Shown here piece by piece: positions 10,377 through 21,346 of a stretch of DNA of 64,000 nucleotides. The notes beneath the pieces are model-generated. The model had not been told where the DNA came from. It ran no database searches and saw only the letters and a list, made by a program, of their open reading frames with translations. A program made the position numbers and the translations under genes. Source of the DNA: Bacilli bacterium (GTDB lineage: Bacteria; Bacillota_I; Bacilli_A; RFN20; CAG-826); NCBI GenBank assembly GCA_024408655.1, contig JAKSUV010000002.1:8938-72937 (forward strand), written 5' to 3'. Position 1 is the stretch's first letter. Every line of letters begins with the position of its first letter.

Positions 10377-10405
10377 TTGCATAAATATTATTTATCATAT
10401 ATAGT
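10377..10405 (+). promoter_or_regulatory. Sigma-A promoter of the rplU operon
   Basis: TTGCAT-17 nt-TATAGT. Confidence 0.6.
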
Positions 10406-10427
10406 ATTTCTCGTTGTCGTCTGACTT

Positions 10428-10496
10428 TTAGACTACAACCGCCTAAAAGAGGTAACTAACTAATTACTACGTAATTGACCTTCATAGCGAGTCTAA
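10428..10496 (+). ncRNA. L21 leader (ribosomal protein leader RNA)
   Basis: TTAGACT...GCGAGTCTAA closing stem immediately upstream of the rplU SD, as in Firmicute L21 leaders. Confidence 0.65.
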
Positions 10497-10516
10497 TTTT
10501 AAAAGGAGGGTTTTAC

Positions 10517-10822
10517 ATGTACGCGATTATTGAAACTGGTGGCAAACAAGTGAAAGTTGAAGTTGGCCAAAAGGTTTTTGTCGAGAAACTAAACGTCAAA
10601 GTTGGCGAAAAGTACACATTTGATAAGGTCTTATGTGTCGCTGATAAGGACGCCAAGTTTGGTAATCCATACTTAGCCAACGCCAAAGTCGTTGCCAAGG
10701 TGGAGAAACAAGGATTAAGTCGGAAGCTACATATTTATAAATATAAAGCGAAGACGAACGAACGGAAGCGGATTGGTCATCGCCAACCGTATACGTGTGT
10801 GGTAATTGAGAGCATTAATTAA
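10517..10822 (+). CDS. rplU: 50S ribosomal protein L21
   Basis: [11 protein letters not shown]...GHRQPYT; SD AGGAGG places the start at 10517. Confidence 0.98.
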   Translation: MYAIIETGGKQVKVEVGQKVFVEKLNVKVGEKYTFDKVLCVADKDAKFGNPYLANAKVVAKVEKQGLSRKLHIYKYKAKTNERKRIGHRQPYTCVVIESIN

Positions 10823-11115
10823 TGATTATAGTGAGTCAAAGTCCAAAAGAGATCAAAATTAGCGGCCACGCAAACTACGCCCCGAAAGGTCAAGACATTG
10901 TGTGTGCAGCGGTGAGTGCTCTTGTGACCGCGACCGTTAATTCCCTTGATAGCTTCAAAAAGAATCAAATCAAAGTGAAAACGGATGGCCAAGTGACTTT
11001 GCTTCTTCATTCCTCAATCAGTAAAAACGATCAAAGTTGTCTAAAATTATTGATGAACGGATTAAAATTAATTAGCAAACAATACCCAAAATATGTCAAA
11101 ATAAGGAGAAAATAA
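10822..11115 (+). CDS. prp: Ribosomal-processing cysteine protease Prp (YsxB)
   Basis: SGHA...DIVCAAVS motif; lies between rplU and rpmA. Confidence 0.93.
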   Translation: MIIVSQSPKEIKISGHANYAPKGQDIVCAAVSALVTATVNSLDSFKKNQIKVKTDGQVTLLLHSSISKNDQSCLKLLMNGLKLISKQYPKYVKIRRK

Positions 11116-11116
11116 T

Positions 11117-11401
11117 ATGAGAATGTTATTAGATTTACAACTCTTCGCCAGTAAGAAGGGTGTCGGTTCCACTAAGAACGGCCGTGATTCACGGAGTAAA
11201 CGTCTTGGCGCGAAGAAAAGCGATGGCGAATACGCGACTGCCGGTAGTATTATCTTCCGTCAACGTGGCACCAAAATTATGCCTGGTCATAACACCATGA
11301 AAGGTGGCGATGACACGATTTTCTGCACAATTAACGGCATCGTGAAATACGAACGCGTGGGGCGTCGCGGTACCCGGGTTTCGGTTTACGCGAAGAACTA
11401 A
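11117..11401 (+). CDS. rpmA: 50S ribosomal protein L27 with Prp-cleaved N-terminal extension
   Basis: DLQLF|[15 protein letters not shown]. Confidence 0.98.
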   Translation: MRMLLDLQLFASKKGVGSTKNGRDSRSKRLGAKKSDGEYATAGSIIFRQRGTKIMPGHNTMKGGDDTIFCTINGIVKYERVGRRGTRVSVYAKN

Positions 11402-11421
11402 TTGCAAACCAAAAAATAATT

Positions 11422-11446
11422 AAACACCCCTATGGGGTGTTTTTTA
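11422..11446 (+). terminator. Intrinsic terminator after rpmA
   Basis: AAACACCCC-TAT-GGGGTGTTT plus T-tract. Confidence 0.85.
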
Positions 11447-11473
11447 ATTAATAAAACGAGTATAATATTTTAT

Positions 11474-12790
11474 ATGTTTAAAAAAGTTGGTAACTTTTTT
11501 CGCCGACAAAGTAGCGCCCGCTATATTGCGCTCGGGTTTTTGTTAACTATTTTACTTGGTTCTGGACTATTAATGATTCCGGCGTGTTGGAAAGATGGGG
11601 TAAGACTTGCTTATGTCGATTCACTATTTACTTCTACTAGCGCTATTTGTGTTACCGGTTTAGCAACTGTTGACTTATTTGATACCTTTACGCCGCTAGG
11701 ACAAGTAATCATTTTCTTCTTACTCCAGATTGGTGGCTTAGGTGTCACGACTCTAGGCGCAGCGGTGATTTTAGCTTTTCGCCGGAACATCAATTTAAAA
11801 GAGCGAAACATTATTCAAGATTCACTAAACACTGATAGTGCAAGAGGTTTACTAAAACTTTTTAAACGAGTCTTTATTTATACGATTGTTATCGAACTCG
11901 TTGGTGCCGCTCTTTCACTTATCTCTTTTGCGCGCACTTACCCAATCGGTGAAGCCATTTGGAAAAGCGCCTTCCATAGCGTGGCCTCTTTTAATAACGC
12001 CGGTTTTGATATCCTCGGTGGCTTCCAGAATTTACAAAATTATAAAGGCGATGTTTTGCTTAATATCGTCACGATGCTTTTAATTGTCCTCGGTGGTTTA
12101 GGGTTCCTTGTGATGAGCGATGTGGTTAATAAACGTGGTAACTTTAAGAAACTTACCGTTCATTCAAAAGTCGTTTTATTAATGACGGGTGTATTAATTG
12201 TCCTCGGGATGTTTTTACTGAAACTAACCGAAATGAATAATATTAGTTGGCTCGGCGCTTTATTTACTAGTGTGAGTTCACGGACCGCTGGTTTTGCTAC
12301 CTTTGATATTGGTAAGTTCACTAAACCCGGCTTATTAGTTCTCATTGTTTTAATGTTTATTGGAGCATCGCCTGGTTCGACCGGTGGTGGTATTAAGACG
12401 ACTTCCTTCTTTTTAATGCTCGTTGGGACTAGGAGCATGATTTCCCATCACACCCCGCACGCTTTTAAATATTCTTTTTCTGAGGAAAGCGTGAAACGCG
12501 CGATGGTTATTTCTTTATTAGCCCTCACGACAATTTTGCTTGGATCATTTGCGATGTCCATGATTGAACCAGACATTCATTTTATCGATATTCTTTTTGA
12601 AAATACGAGCGCTTTTGGCACCGTTGGACTCTCGACCGGCATTACCCCCAATTTATCAATTGGTAGTAAAATAATTAGTTGTTTACAAATGTATGTTGGT
12701 CGAATTGGTCCGCTCACCTTTGTTTCGACTTGGTATACTGGTAATGATGAATACTTTAAATATAGCGAAGGAGTTATTCCGGTTGGTTAG
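11474..12790 (+). CDS. ktrB: Ktr/Trk potassium uptake membrane subunit
   Basis: Pore motifs CVTGL, FNNAGF, RTAGF, FGTVGLS; ASPGSTGGGIK. Confidence 0.9.
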   Translation: MFKKVGNFFRRQSSARYIALGFLLTILLGSGLLMIPACWKDGVRLAYVDSLFTSTSAICVTGLATVDLFDTFTPLGQVIIFFLLQIGGLGVTTLGAAVILAFRRNINLKERNIIQDSLNTDSARGLLKLFKRVFIYTIVIELVGAALSLISFARTYPIGEAIWKSAFHSVASFNNAGFDILGGFQNLQNYKGDVLLNIVTMLLIVLGGLGFLVMSDVVNKRGNFKKLTVHSKVVLLMTGVLIVLGMFLLKLTEMNNISWLGALFTSVSSRTAGFATFDIGKFTKPGLLVLIVLMFIGASPGSTGGGIKTTSFFLMLVGTRSMISHHTPHAFKYSFSEESVKRAMVISLLALTTILLGSFAMSMIEPDIHFIDILFENTSAFGTVGLSTGITPNLSIGSKIISCLQMYVGRIGPLTFVSTWYTGNDEYFKYSEGVIPVG

Positions 12791-12801
12791 GAGGTAAAAT
12801 T

Positions 12802-13476
12802 ATGCATCATCGTCATCCGAAGGAAAAGAAACTAACTTATGGTATCATCGGCCTTGGCCGATTTGGTACCGCTTTAGCCTTAGAACTATACAAAAAAGGC
12901 GCGGAAATGATTATCGTGGATTCACATCCGGAAAAAATCCGTTGGGCCCGTGAGCTCACCGAAAACGCCTACATTGTGAATTCTTTTGATCATGCTTCGT
13001 TACGGAAGATCGGCATTCAAAACTGTGACATTGCGGTGGTTTGTATTGGTAAACACATTGATGATTCCATTATGATCACCCTTGACTTAGTTACGATGAA
13101 AATTCCGAAAGTGTTCGCCAAAGCTCAAAACGATAAACACGGCGTTATTCTTGAAAAACTCGGCGCCCACGTGGTGTATCCAGAACGCGAGATGGCGCTC
13201 CGCTTAGCGAGTTACTTAGAAAACGCTCGTACATTAGACTATGTCCGTTTAAGCAAAAAAGTTAATATTACGAAAGTCCAAGTCACCGAACAAAGTAATA
13301 ATCTAACCATTCTTGATTTAAAGATTCGGAATAAATTTGGTTGTAACATCATTGCTATTGAACACGAAGGCAAGGTCTATGATGTCATTAATCCCGATAC
13401 AAAATTATTCACTAATGATATTATTTATGTCACCGGCTCACAAGAGCGTTTGGATAAATTAATTAAAGCGATTTAG
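12802..13476 (+). CDS. ktrA: Ktr/Trk potassium uptake regulatory RCK subunit
   Basis: IGLGRFG, LGAHVVYPEREM, RCK_C domain. Confidence 0.9.
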   Translation: MHHRHPKEKKLTYGIIGLGRFGTALALELYKKGAEMIIVDSHPEKIRWARELTENAYIVNSFDHASLRKIGIQNCDIAVVCIGKHIDDSIMITLDLVTMKIPKVFAKAQNDKHGVILEKLGAHVVYPEREMALRLASYLENARTLDYVRLSKKVNITKVQVTEQSNNLTILDLKIRNKFGCNIIAIEHEGKVYDVINPDTKLFTNDIIYVTGSQERLDKLIKAI

Positions 13477-13479
13477 ATT

Positions 13480-14745
13480 ATGTTTATTGACCGCTGCGTA
13501 GTTGAGGTAAGAAGTGGAAAAGGCGGCAACGGTCGCATCGCTTTCTTACACGAAAAATACGTCGCGAAAGGCGGTCCAAGTGGCGGTAACGGAGGCCGTG
13601 GTGGTTCCGTTATTTTTGTCACCGACCCGACCATGAATTCCTTATTCGCTTTCCGTCACTCGAAAGTATTAGCGGCTAAAGATGGAGAAAACGGCGATAT
13701 TAAAAATCGTTATGGTCGTCAAGGCGAAGATTGTATCGTTAAAGTACCGGTTGGGACAGTGGTAATCGATGAGACAAGTAAAGAAGTGCTCTTTGATTTA
13801 AGCGAAGCTAACCAAAAAGTCGTGGTCGCTAAAGGCGGACGTGGAGGACGAGGTAACGCCGCGTTTAAAAATGACCGGAACCGAGTGCCTAATATTGCCG
13901 AGAATGGTTTACCAGGCATTAAGAAACGTTTAATTCTTGAATTAAAACTAATCGCGGATGTTGGTTTAGTGGGTTTGCCTAGTGTTGGTAAATCAACTTT
14001 ATTATCAATTGTGAGCGATGCGCGCCCGGCGATTGCGGATTATCCGTTTACGACTTTAAGTCCTAATCTTGGTGTTGTTAAATATCATGACTATGAATCA
14101 TTTGTGATGGCGGATTTACCAGGTTTAATTGAAGACGCTCATAAAGGCAAAGGTTTAGGCCTAGAATTTTTACGGCATATTGAACGGTGCCGAGTCATTA
14201 TTCATTTAGTAAGTATGGAAGAAGGCTCTGACCCCTTAAAAGCGTATAAAACCATTAATAACGAACTTAAAAAATATGATCTTAATTTATTAAAACGTCC
14301 AACGATTATCGTGGCAAGTAAGATGGATGAAGAAGGCGCCGAAGAACGAAAAGCCGCTTTCGCGAAAGCGATTAAAAAACCTGTCATTGGTATAAGCGCT
14401 TTAACTAATGACGGAGTGAAAGAACTCCTTAATAAATGTATGGAGACTCTCGCGAATGCACCGAAACCATTACTAAAAGGTGAAGCGAAAAAACATAAAG
14501 TTTATGACGCAAGAAAAGACGCGCATATTTTTGATATTGTCAAAGAAAAAGAACATACTTGGCGGATTGTTGGTGATAGTGTGACGCGCACTTATTCACT
14601 TATTAATATTTCAACCGATGAAGGTTTATTAAGATTATTATCTTATTTACGCAAAATCGGGGTCGATGATGAATTAGAAAAGATGGGGGCAAAAGACGGA
14701 GACACCGTTTACTTAATGGACTTCGCTTTTGAATATACTAGATGA
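13480..14745 (+). CDS. obgE: GTPase ObgE
   Basis: Gly-rich Obg fold, GLPSVGKST, YPFTT, DLPGLI, C-terminal OCT domain. Confidence 0.98.
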   Translation: MFIDRCVVEVRSGKGGNGRIAFLHEKYVAKGGPSGGNGGRGGSVIFVTDPTMNSLFAFRHSKVLAAKDGENGDIKNRYGRQGEDCIVKVPVGTVVIDETSKEVLFDLSEANQKVVVAKGGRGGRGNAAFKNDRNRVPNIAENGLPGIKKRLILELKLIADVGLVGLPSVGKSTLLSIVSDARPAIADYPFTTLSPNLGVVKYHDYESFVMADLPGLIEDAHKGKGLGLEFLRHIERCRVIIHLVSMEEGSDPLKAYKTINNELKKYDLNLLKRPTIIVASKMDEEGAEERKAAFAKAIKKPVIGISALTNDGVKELLNKCMETLANAPKPLLKGEAKKHKVYDARKDAHIFDIVKEKEHTWRIVGDSVTRTYSLINISTDEGLLRLLSYLRKIGVDDELEKMGAKDGDTVYLMDFAFEYTR

Positions 14746-15473
14746 CACTAAAAAATTATTTAAACGTAATCGTTAAGTTTTTAAAAGACTATCTCAAGAA
14801 AAGTCACGCGAGTGGCTACACCCTTGGTTTATCTGGTGGTGTCGATAGTGCGTTAACCTTAGCGCTTTTACTTAAAGCGGTAAAGAAAGAACAGATTCAC
14901 CTTGTCATTATGCCGATTGAATCTGATCCCAATGATCAAAAAGATGCCATCGCGCTATGTAAAAAGTTCAAAGTGAAATATGATTTAGTTAATTTAACTA
15001 ACGCCTTCCGTAAGCTCCGGAAGGACATTGAAGAAGTCCATCCACTTAACGCTTTAGCGATTTCCAATATTAAAGTTCGCTTACGGATGGTGACCTTATA
15101 CGCGATTGCCCAAAAAGAAAATTCATTAGTGGTGGGGACCGATAACTTAGATGAACGTTATGTTGGTTATTTCACTAAATTTGGTGATGGCGCCTGCGAT
15201 ATTTTACCAATCGCTAAACTCACCAAACACGAAGTCTACGAAGCCAGTAAGATGCTTGGTGTCACTACCACAATTCTTAAACGTCCACCAAGTGCGGGTC
15301 TCTTCCTTAATCAACGTGATGAAGTTGAATTAGGTATTTCTTATCCCGTTCTTGATCGTTATTTACTCGGTGAGAAGGTCAGTAAAAAAGACGAAGAACG
15401 GATTAAACATCTTCACGCGGTGAGCGAACATAAACGCGCCAATATCCCAGAACCCGAGGACTTTAAACGATGA
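14742..15473 (+). CDS. nadE: NH3-dependent NAD+ synthetase
   Basis: SGGVDS, NIKVRLRM, GYFTKFGDG, PSAGL. Confidence 0.95.
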   Translation: MTLKNYLNVIVKFLKDYLKKSHASGYTLGLSGGVDSALTLALLLKAVKKEQIHLVIMPIESDPNDQKDAIALCKKFKVKYDLVNLTNAFRKLRKDIEEVHPLNALAISNIKVRLRMVTLYAIAQKENSLVVGTDNLDERYVGYFTKFGDGACDILPIAKLTKHEVYEASKMLGVTTTILKRPPSAGLFLNQRDEVELGISYPVLDRYLLGEKVSKKDEERIKHLHAVSEHKRANIPEPEDFKR

Positions 15474-15571
15474 AAGAAGAGAAAAAGATTAACAAAGTTC
15501 TCCTCTCCTCCCTAATTAGTGTTATGCTAATGTTAGCCATTATTTTGATGTTTATTTTATTAAATAAATAG
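15470..15571 (+). CDS. 33-aa single-TM small protein (not in ORF track)
   Basis: ATGA overlap with the nadE stop, GAGGA SD; MKEEKKINKVLLSSLISVMLMLAIILMFILLNK; TAG stop overlaps the ruvA SD. Confidence 0.6.
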   Translation: MKEEKKINKVLLSSLISVMLMLAIILMFILLNK

Positions 15572-15578
15572 GAGATTT

Positions 15579-16130
15579 ATGTACTATTCACTGAAAGGAA
15601 AAATTACCCAAATTACTACCACGAGTATCGTGATTGATGTTCATGATGTTAGTTATGAAGTGATGGTGGCGCACCCGAATAGTTTTAATCTTAACGAAGA
15701 AACAACCGTTTACACTCACTACGTGATTCGCGAAGATGAACAGTATCTTGTTGGTTTTAAATCACTTGATGAAAAGAAAGCGTTTATGTCCTTAATTAAT
15801 GTTAAAGGAATTGGTCCTAAGACTGCGCTTAATGCCTTAAGCGGCACTTCGACCGAAGAATTATTTAATGCGATTGCCGCTAATAACATTACTTTCCTTA
15901 AGAAATTACCTGGGATTGGTACTAAAGCCGCGAGCCAAATTATCTTAGATTTAAAAGGTAGTTTAACTAGCGCCAAAGCCGATATCCATCAATATGAACA
16001 AGTTAGAACAGCGCTTAAAGGTTTAGGTTTTAAAGTAAAAGAGATTGAAGACGCGTTAGCGCAAGTTAATATCCCCAATGGCACAAACGAAATGATTTTA
16101 AAAGAAGCGCTCCGGAAATTAAGGAAGTAA
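15579..16130 (+). CDS. ruvA: Holliday junction branch migration protein RuvA
   Basis: GIGPKTA and PGIGTKAA HhH motifs; precedes ruvB. Confidence 0.96.
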   Translation: MYYSLKGKITQITTTSIVIDVHDVSYEVMVAHPNSFNLNEETTVYTHYVIREDEQYLVGFKSLDEKKAFMSLINVKGIGPKTALNALSGTSTEELFNAIAANNITFLKKLPGIGTKAASQIILDLKGSLTSAKADIHQYEQVRTALKGLGFKVKEIEDALAQVNIPNGTNEMILKEALRKLRK

Positions 16131-16132
16131 TT

Positions 16133-17143
16133 ATGCCTAGACTCATGGACGCCAAAAAAGATATCCAAGACGAAAAAGTCGAAATTTCTTTGCGTCCGCA
16201 ATCCTTAAAAGAATACATTGGGCAAAAAGAATTAAAAAAGAATTTAGAGATTTTTATTGGTGCGGCTAAACACCGGAATGAAGTGCTTGATCACGTACTT
16301 CTTTATGGCCCACCCGGCTTAGGTAAAACGACTTTAGCCTACATAATCGCGAACGAAATGAAAGGCAAAGTCCGTTTAATTAATGGACCAAGCATTGAGC
16401 GACCCGGCGATTTAGCAAGCATTCTTTCTACCCTTGAACCCGGCGAGATTTTATTCATCGATGAAATTCATCGGATGCCCCGAGTAGTCGAAGAAATCCT
16501 TTATAGCGCGATGGAAGATTTTAAACTCATTACGATGGCGGGAATGGGGGATAGCGCGACGAGTATTGAAATGCCTTTACCGCCTTTTACTTTAGTGGGC
16601 GCAACGACACGAGCGGGTGCCTTATCTTCACCCTTAAGAGCGCGTTTTGGGATCACTCAAAAACTTAACTTTTATTCGTTAGATGAAATTAGTCAAATTG
16701 TCCGCCGGACCAGCAAAGTTTTTAAAACCAAAATTAGCGAAGAAGCCGTCAATTTAATTGCGGCGAGAAGTCGCGGAACACCCCGAATTGCGAACCGTTT
16801 ATTCCGCCGGGTCCGCGATTTTGCTAACTACGAAAATAAAGATGAGATCACGACCGAAATTGCCAAAAAAGCTTTGACCGCTTTAAAGGTTGATAAACTA
16901 GGACTCGACGAAGTCGATATTCGTTATCTAAAGGCTATCATGGAACGTTTTCATGGTGGACCAGTTGGCTTAGAAGCAATTGCGGCGGCGATTGGTGAAG
17001 AAGTGATGAACCTTGAAGACGTGTATGAACCATACTTAATTCAATCGGGACTCGTCAACCGGACTCCTCGTGGTCGAACCGTAACCGACAAAGCATATTC
17101 ACACTTAGAAAAACATCATCATTTTTCTTTATTTGATTTTTAG
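16133..17143 (+). CDS. ruvB: Holliday junction helicase RuvB
   Basis: [33 protein letters not shown]. Confidence 0.98.
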   Translation: MPRLMDAKKDIQDEKVEISLRPQSLKEYIGQKELKKNLEIFIGAAKHRNEVLDHVLLYGPPGLGKTTLAYIIANEMKGKVRLINGPSIERPGDLASILSTLEPGEILFIDEIHRMPRVVEEILYSAMEDFKLITMAGMGDSATSIEMPLPPFTLVGATTRAGALSSPLRARFGITQKLNFYSLDEISQIVRRTSKVFKTKISEEAVNLIAARSRGTPRIANRLFRRVRDFANYENKDEITTEIAKKALTALKVDKLGLDEVDIRYLKAIMERFHGGPVGLEAIAAAIGEEVMNLEDVYEPYLIQSGLVNRTPRGRTVTDKAYSHLEKHHHFSLFDF

Positions 17144-17219
17144 TTTTTATAACTTGTTATAAAATTTATCGTGGTCTTTCGGTTGCATTAGCATACTGCT
17201 AAGAGTAAAATATCAACAT

Positions 17220-19784
17220 ATGCGGAGATTTGTTGCTTATCTTTTAGCGTCAGTCACCATCTTTTTAGGTGTTGGTGTTACTTTTAAGCCTGTCGCAACG
17301 AGTATTAACCCTGATTTAAGTTATCGGAAAGGCCAAGCAATTACTTTCCGAATCTCGCATGAAGAGGATGAAGAACACACCGTAACCGAAGAAGAACTGC
17401 TTGATTACGCCCAAATCGCCGAAGATCGCTTAAAAGCTTTCGATGTCACCGATTATAAAATCGAAGTACGGAAGAATACGGAATTTAGTGAAGACGATAC
17501 AACCGGCACATTTACGATTACTTGCACCGCGAATAACTCGGATGAATACGACTATATTTCGAAAATCATTTGCGCTAATCCGAAGATTAGTTTCGATACG
17601 GTGAATGGCACTCTACCAGTTGATGAAGACGGCTTTTCCTGGCACGAAAATGAAGCGACGATTGAATACGATGGAAACGCTTCGGTTTTAGTCTTAAAGA
17701 TTCCTGATAAGGCCAAAACCAAAGTTGATGAATTAATTGAAAAAGCCAAGGAAGAAGAAGGCGATGACCCTGATCCAGAAACAAACGAAGGTGAAGATCC
17801 CGGACCTTCAATTGTGATGTGGTTAAACCGGGTGGAAGGTGATGACTACGATAAGCGCGATGACGATATTAATATTAAAAACAAAATCTTTAACGAATGC
17901 CGTTCTGATAGTTTTTATCACACTGGTAAAACTGACGAAATCCAAATTCGCTACGAAGCCGCTGGTTCATCAAAATTTGAAATCCAAGCTGCGTACCGGA
18001 AAGCGCTGTGCGCTTGTAATGTCTTAAACGCAAAAGAGACCGAATTTAAATGTGTAAAACTCGGTAGCGAGATTGTTGAACCAACGATTGAAGAATTAAT
18101 TAACTATGGCAGCCACGCTGAACTAGCAATGAGTGCTACGCTTATTTCGCTGATGGTAAGTTATGCGGTAACGGCAATAATTTTAGCCATCTTCTGTCGG
18201 ATTACTTCCATTGCGATTTTAGCCTCCGCCACTTTGTCCACCTTCTTAACCTTTAGCCTCTTTGTGTTCTTTAAACCATTGTTTAACGTTGGCGCTTTAG
18301 TGGGTCTATTAATTGTAATGGGCGCTGGTTTATTCTCAGGTCTTGCGCATAATCATTATCTCCACGAAGAAGTTTATAAAGGCCGGAGTTTAAAGAAAGC
18401 GAACTATGAAGCGAGCAAAAAGACAACGTTATTAACGGTTGATTCTTCCGTTGTTTTGGCTTTACTTGGCATTTTCATTTACTTCATCGGTGGTTCGACG
18501 GTCGCAAGTCTTGGGGCCATCTTAATCTTTGGTTCAGTGCTTAATGTTTTAGTAAACACGTTTGTCTTAAAGGGCTTAATGTGGCTCGTCACTAATAACA
18601 CCAAAACCCAAGATCAACTGAAGATGTTTGCTATTAATAAAAAACATGTGCCAAATTTAGCGAAAGAGGAAAAGCCAACTTATTTTGGTCCATACACTCG
18701 TTATAATTTCGCTAAGAAAAGGAAATTAGTTGGCATAATTGCGGGTGCTGTTTTACTCGCCGGTTCGATTGGGATGATTACCTTTAAAGCGGTGAACGGC
18801 GATATGTTTAACGCGGGTGATTATTTCGTCACCAAAAACGAATTCTGCATTTCGAGCACAACCGGCGCTAACGAATCTGACCCAATCGGTTCGATTGATA
18901 CATTTAAGGCCGATGTCTTAAATAAAATTATGATCGCCGGCACCGATAAACATCTTGGATACGTTGATGATATTAGTCGTTACGAATATCAATATCACGA
19001 TTCTTCGAAAGAAGCAGATTATCTTATCCACTACAATATCGTTACGGTGACTAGTGACGTGACTGCCCTTTATTCATATAACGGTGGAGACCCCGAACCG
19101 CTTTACGACATTTTTCACTTTGCAGTCGGTGACTATAGTTCCGTCCTCAATGTCACTCAACGCGAAGTCCAGGCTTATGATTTGCCTAGTAACGCTGGTT
19201 TTATTTTATTAGCGAATGTGATGGCGGTGACCGTGAGCGCTTTCTATTTATGGATTCGTTACCGGGCGTCTCGCGCTGTTAGCACATTAATCATTGGCGC
19301 TAGTAGCGCACTTACGACGATTGGAGTAATGAGTTTATTACGGATTACCGCGACACCAGTGATGGCGATTGCGGCCTCATTAGTTACGATGTTCTCTCTC
19401 CTTTATAGTTTATATATCCTTCATAAGGATAAAGATCTCATTCGTGATGAACGAATTCGTGACTACGATACAAGAAAGAATACCCTTGTTAAAGCGCACC
19501 AAATGGCAACGGAACCGGCAATTAATTTAACCGCCGTCTTTATTTGTACCATGGTCATTTGCTTTGGCTTTGGTCCACATCAATTTATCGCTGTCTTCTT
19601 ATCCGCCTTTATTGGTGGTTTAGTGAGCGTCGCAATGAATCTTTTCCTCTTTACGAGCATTACTCAATACTTTGAAAAACAAATTAGTCAGATTAAGCTA
19701 CCTGAGATTAAACTCAGAAAGAAGAAAGTGGCGGTTCAAGATAACGAATTATCCGAAGCCATCTTCATTGGCATTAACGACTAA
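17220..19784 (+). CDS. secDF: Divergent SecDF family protein translocase subunit
   Basis: Two units of 1 TM + large extracytoplasmic loop + 5 TM; EEVYKGRS; located between ruvB and recJ as in Bacilli. Confidence 0.75.
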   Translation: MRRFVAYLLASVTIFLGVGVTFKPVATSINPDLSYRKGQAITFRISHEEDEEHTVTEEELLDYAQIAEDRLKAFDVTDYKIEVRKNTEFSEDDTTGTFTITCTANNSDEYDYISKIICANPKISFDTVNGTLPVDEDGFSWHENEATIEYDGNASVLVLKIPDKAKTKVDELIEKAKEEEGDDPDPETNEGEDPGPSIVMWLNRVEGDDYDKRDDDINIKNKIFNECRSDSFYHTGKTDEIQIRYEAAGSSKFEIQAAYRKALCACNVLNAKETEFKCVKLGSEIVEPTIEELINYGSHAELAMSATLISLMVSYAVTAIILAIFCRITSIAILASATLSTFLTFSLFVFFKPLFNVGALVGLLIVMGAGLFSGLAHNHYLHEEVYKGRSLKKANYEASKKTTLLTVDSSVVLALLGIFIYFIGGSTVASLGAILIFGSVLNVLVNTFVLKGLMWLVTNNTKTQDQLKMFAINKKHVPNLAKEEKPTYFGPYTRYNFAKKRKLVGIIAGAVLLAGSIGMITFKAVNGDMFNAGDYFVTKNEFCISSTTGANESDPIGSIDTFKADVLNKIMIAGTDKHLGYVDDISRYEYQYHDSSKEADYLIHYNIVTVTSDVTALYSYNGGDPEPLYDIFHFAVGDYSSVLNVTQREVQAYDLPSNAGFILLANVMAVTVSAFYLWIRYRASRAVSTLIIGASSALTTIGVMSLLRITATPVMAIAASLVTMFSLLYSLYILHKDKDLIRDERIRDYDTRKNTLVKAHQMATEPAINLTAVFICTMVICFGFGPHQFIAVFLSAFIGGLVSVAMNLFLFTSITQYFEKQISQIKLPEIKLRKKKVAVQDNELSEAIFIGIND

Positions 19785-19793
19785 TCATCTTTG

Positions 19794-21323
19794 ATGACTC
19801 TTTTTGATAAATTATTAACTTACTACCATATTAGCCAAAAAGATTTTGTTATTTTATCGCGCGACGCTAACGATGGCGATGTGCCAAATTATCACGCTTT
19901 CATAGAGATAGATATCGCTAAAGCACGAATAAAAAAAGCGATTGATAATAAAGAAAAGATATTAGTCTATGGTGATTATGATGCCGATGGGATTTTAGCC
20001 ACTTCAATCCTGGTTAGAACACTAAAAAAATTAAACACCGAAGTTGATTATTATGTTCCGTCGCGTTATCTCGATGGTTATGGTCTTAGCGAAGAGAAAG
20101 TAATTAAAGCCTACGAACAAGGTTATACCTTAATTATTACTGTTGATAATGGGGTAACCGCTCTAGCGGCGATTAAAAAAGCGAAAGAATTAAAACTTGA
20201 TTTAATTATCACCGATCACCACGAGTACCAAACGCGACCTGACGCACTTGCGTTTCTTCATCCCAAAGCCTCGAGTTTAAAAGTAACCACGAGTGGCGCC
20301 ATGACCGCATTCTATTTAAGCTACGCTTTATTAGAAGAAATTGATCCTTACTTCTTAATTATGGGTGCAACCTCCATTCTTTCTGACGTGATGCCATTAT
20401 TAGAAGAGAACCGCTTTATCGTCAAATTAGCGCTCAAATACTTAAACAAAAATAAGTACGACCAATTTAATTTATTAAGTGGTGTTTATCAGTATGATGA
20501 AATGACTTTAAATAGTTTAGTCATTCCTAAAATTAACGCGGTGGGGCGGATTGAACAAGGGAAAGAAGTAAACGTTTTAGTTAAATATTTTATAAGTGAT
20601 AATTACCGTGATTTAGTCAAAATTCGTGACTATGTTAACGAAGTTAACGAACGTCGAAAAGATTTAGCGAATAACGCTTTACAAGCTTCCGTCGATATTA
20701 CTAAAGCGTGCGTTTGTTTAAAACTTGATTGCTTAACTGGTTTATCCGGCTTAATCGCTAACCGCTTTTTAATGGCGCATGATAAACCCGCCGCCATCTT
20801 CGCTCAGGACTTAAAAGAAGGATATATCCGTGGTTCATTACGTAGTAAAAACGGTTGTAATGTCATTGATTTTATTAATCAAAACCAAGATTTATTTACT
20901 GAATTTGGTGGACACGCTTTTGCGGCGGGAGTAGTCATTAAAGAAAGTGACTTTTTGACTTTTACTGACCGATTTGACGCTTACGCTAAAGCGCATCCGT
21001 TTACCCAAGCAGAAGATTTAATTATGATTGGTAAGAACGAAATTACTTTCGATAACTATAATCTTTTACGTTCTTTTGCCCCGTTTGGTGAAAACTGGCG
21101 GGAACCAACTTTTTTACTTAAAAATATTGCCACCAATACATTTACGCGGATTGGTAATAACGCTCAGCACCTTGCCATCCCGCTTACTCACGACATCAAA
21201 ATCATCGGCTTTAATTACCCATTTGATGAAGCACACAATAAGGAAGAAGTTGATTTAGTGGGGAAATTCCGTCTCAACCGGTTTAAGAATCGCGTCACGC
21301 TTAATTTTGTTTTAGAAAATTAA
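19794..21323 (+). CDS. recJ: Single-stranded DNA exonuclease RecJ
   Basis: YGDYDADG, TVDNG, TDHH, GSLRS, GGHAFAAG, APFG. Confidence 0.93.
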   Translation: MTLFDKLLTYYHISQKDFVILSRDANDGDVPNYHAFIEIDIAKARIKKAIDNKEKILVYGDYDADGILATSILVRTLKKLNTEVDYYVPSRYLDGYGLSEEKVIKAYEQGYTLIITVDNGVTALAAIKKAKELKLDLIITDHHEYQTRPDALAFLHPKASSLKVTTSGAMTAFYLSYALLEEIDPYFLIMGATSILSDVMPLLEENRFIVKLALKYLNKNKYDQFNLLSGVYQYDEMTLNSLVIPKINAVGRIEQGKEVNVLVKYFISDNYRDLVKIRDYVNEVNERRKDLANNALQASVDITKACVCLKLDCLTGLSGLIANRFLMAHDKPAAIFAQDLKEGYIRGSLRSKNGCNVIDFINQNQDLFTEFGGHAFAAGVVIKESDFLTFTDRFDAYAKAHPFTQAEDLIMIGKNEITFDNYNLLRSFAPFGENWREPTFLLKNIATNTFTRIGNNAQHLAIPLTHDIKIIGFNYPFDEAHNKEEVDLVGKFRLNRFKNRVTLNFVLEN

Positions 21324-21346
21324 GAAAACATCTATAATATTGGGTA

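Noticed and set aside
17145-17164. Inverted repeat TTTTATAAC-TT-GTTATAAAA, sharing TTATAACAAGTT with the cshB/ispH divergent promoter (~60999-61010)
   Set aside because: Very AT-rich and explainable as -10-like elements or a weak terminator; two copies are too few to claim a regulon
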